DNA of 63,668 nucleotides, the filler included, from Lenisia limosa (Eukaryota > Protista > Breviatea), in the NCBI GenBank assembly GCA_001655205.1. It is 8 parts of 8 records of this genome, joined end to end, with 100 filler letters (N's around TTAATTAATTAA, not from the genome) between each part and the next. Parts side by side here need not be neighbours in the genome. Positions count along the whole stretch, not along the records: positions 62,159 to 63,668 come from LPNZ01005779.1; 7 more parts are not named here. One strand, 5' to 3'. The notes beneath the pieces were generated by a model. The model did not search any database. It was not told the DNA's origin and worked only from the letters and a program-made list of their open reading frames with translations. The position numbers and the translations under genes were made by a program. Of this stretch, positions 62,214-63,668 are shown in pieces (within the stretch, counting starts at the first letter, position 1; every line of letters starts with the position of its first letter).

Positions 62214-62292
62214 GCTTCACTTCGGTTCGAAAAAGACTAGTAAAAGGTTTTCGAGGATTTATCGAGAAATTCAGGAATGGAAGTGAAGCCTT
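62214..62292. mobile_element. MITE family A
   Basis: GCTTCACTTCGGTTCGAAAAAGAC..GAAGTGAAGCC. Confidence 0.8.
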
Positions 62293-62323
62293 AGGTATCA
62301 ATGAATATCAATAGACTGCGTAC

Positions 62324-63000
62324 TTGTAAAGCTGACTGGACCTGCCGCATGCCTGCTGCTAAAATCTTGGCATTGTGTTTTGAGGTGTCGTTGAGCTGCG
62401 GGGNNNNNNNNNNNNNNNNNNNNNNNNNNNNNNNNNNNNNNNNNNNNNNNNNNNNNNNNNNNNNNNNNNNNNNNNNNNNNNNNNNNNNNNNNNNNNNNNN
62501 NNNNNNNNNNNNNNNNNNNNNNNNNNNNNNNNNNNNNNNNNNNNNNNNNAACAAAAACAAGCAATAACAAGGGAGGTGTTAAAAGGGACAATTTATGAAA
62601 AAATATAAGTCCAAAATCAGCTCTGTTGCCTAGTAACCGTCATCACCCCAGCCCCCAACCTTATCAACGTCGTCTTGAACGTCGTCATTCAAGCTGTCCA
62701 TATCCTCCTCTAAGCGCAGCTGCATCGTCACGGTGTTTTCCAAGTAAATGACTAAGGATTGCAGTTCAAAAATATTATTTTTGATAATTATTGTGACAAC
62801 ATATGGAGGGTGTAGAACAATTGTGACTTTATTTAAAAAGCCCCCGTTTGTTTTTCCATATAAAAATGCCCACCCACCACACACACATTGTACTGAGTTT
62901 GCCGCCCCATTCCTACACAGGTGGTATTGAGTTTGGCAAGGGACGATTCGATGTCTTTCTGCCCTGTTTGGAGTGCCTCAATCACCTTCATCGTGAAACA
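62324..63000 (-). CDS. Unidentified coiled-coil protein fragment
   Basis: Exons KVIEALQTGQKDIESSLAKLNTT, MQLRLEEDMDSLNDDVQDDVDK, LNDTSKHNAKILAAGMRQVQSALQ with GT-AG borders. Confidence 0.5.
62585..62635 (-). repeat. Degenerate intron-3'-end repeat (B sub-unit)
   Basis: Minus strand GGCAACAGAGCTGATTTTGGACTT..TTTCATAAATTGTCCC; sense to the host gene but not directly at the acceptor. Confidence 0.65.
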
Positions 63001-63668
63001 AAATATTTGGATTGCATAAAAACAAAAAGAGTAATAGCTTACATTGCTCACGTTGTCTTTTTTCTAAGATTGAATATTGTTTTTTTTCAAAAACAACTCA
63101 ATATGAAATAAGACAAAAGAGCAATAAATAATAGTTTCTCTCGTTTTTTTGTTGGGTGTTTTTATGTTATGGGGTAACCACCAGATTATTATGATCCAAG
63201 TTGCAGAAGAAAAAATGCTGAAAATATAATCAAAAAAAAAAAAGCTATGATTGCACCCATTGTGCTCATATTAGTTTGTTTGAGGCATTAGGCTGAGTTG
63301 TGGCCACTGTTAACTAATTTAAACTGTAACTCTGTCCAAAGCGATGTGTCAAGTATCGAGAATAAAGTCCTAGTAGAACCAGAAGAAACCAAAATAGGTT
63401 ATCTGGCCGAAGACATCGACACCATCACGCTTGTCAGAGATATTGGATTTTAGTACAATAGTAATTCACCCAATCATTTGCCTTACAACTCTATACACCC
63501 TGCTTTATTTAGTGTGTGATTGAACCGTCCCACTTCTTTAGAGTCAGACTTAGGCTGTTTTTGTTCTTTCAAGGAAGCCATGTCTTCTTCCCTCTGCTTT
63601 TTATCCACTTTCCGAGCCTAATCGATCAAAAAGAGGATTAGACAAACAACCACAAATAAAAATACAAA

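Noticed and set aside
1-63668. tRNA, rRNA or transposase genes
   Set aside because: None recognised by eye; a tRNAscan/Infernal/Dfam run would be needed to exclude them.

Overview
Eukaryotic, very intron-rich (GT-AG) genomic DNA from a draft assembly, probably a unicellular protist; the lineage cannot be fixed from sequence alone. Seven 100-bp spacers (44 N + TTAATTAATTAA + 44 N) split the window into eight pieces, and genes are cut at every spacer, so neighbourhoods across them are not biological evidence. Hand-spliced exons support an ARM-repeat protein, a COPI-associated/TVP15-like membrane protein, a tandem SnoaL-like protein, INTS4 head-to-head with the 5' part of LIG1, a CK1-like kinase with HRD changed to HRS, a secreted SAM-like/EGF/MACPF/EGF/CxxCxGxG protein, an LRR protein, a PTB/hnRNP L-like RRM gene, TmcB/C-like membrane protein fragments, a UvrD/Srs2-like helicase and several unidentified genes. 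Introns carry at least six families of short dispersed repeats. The most unusual signal is a ~150-bp repeat that is always sense to the host gene, sits at intron 3' ends, and in six unrelated introns runs directly into the polypyrimidine tract and AG acceptor. All gene models and family calls are manual, from remembered motifs; no search was run.
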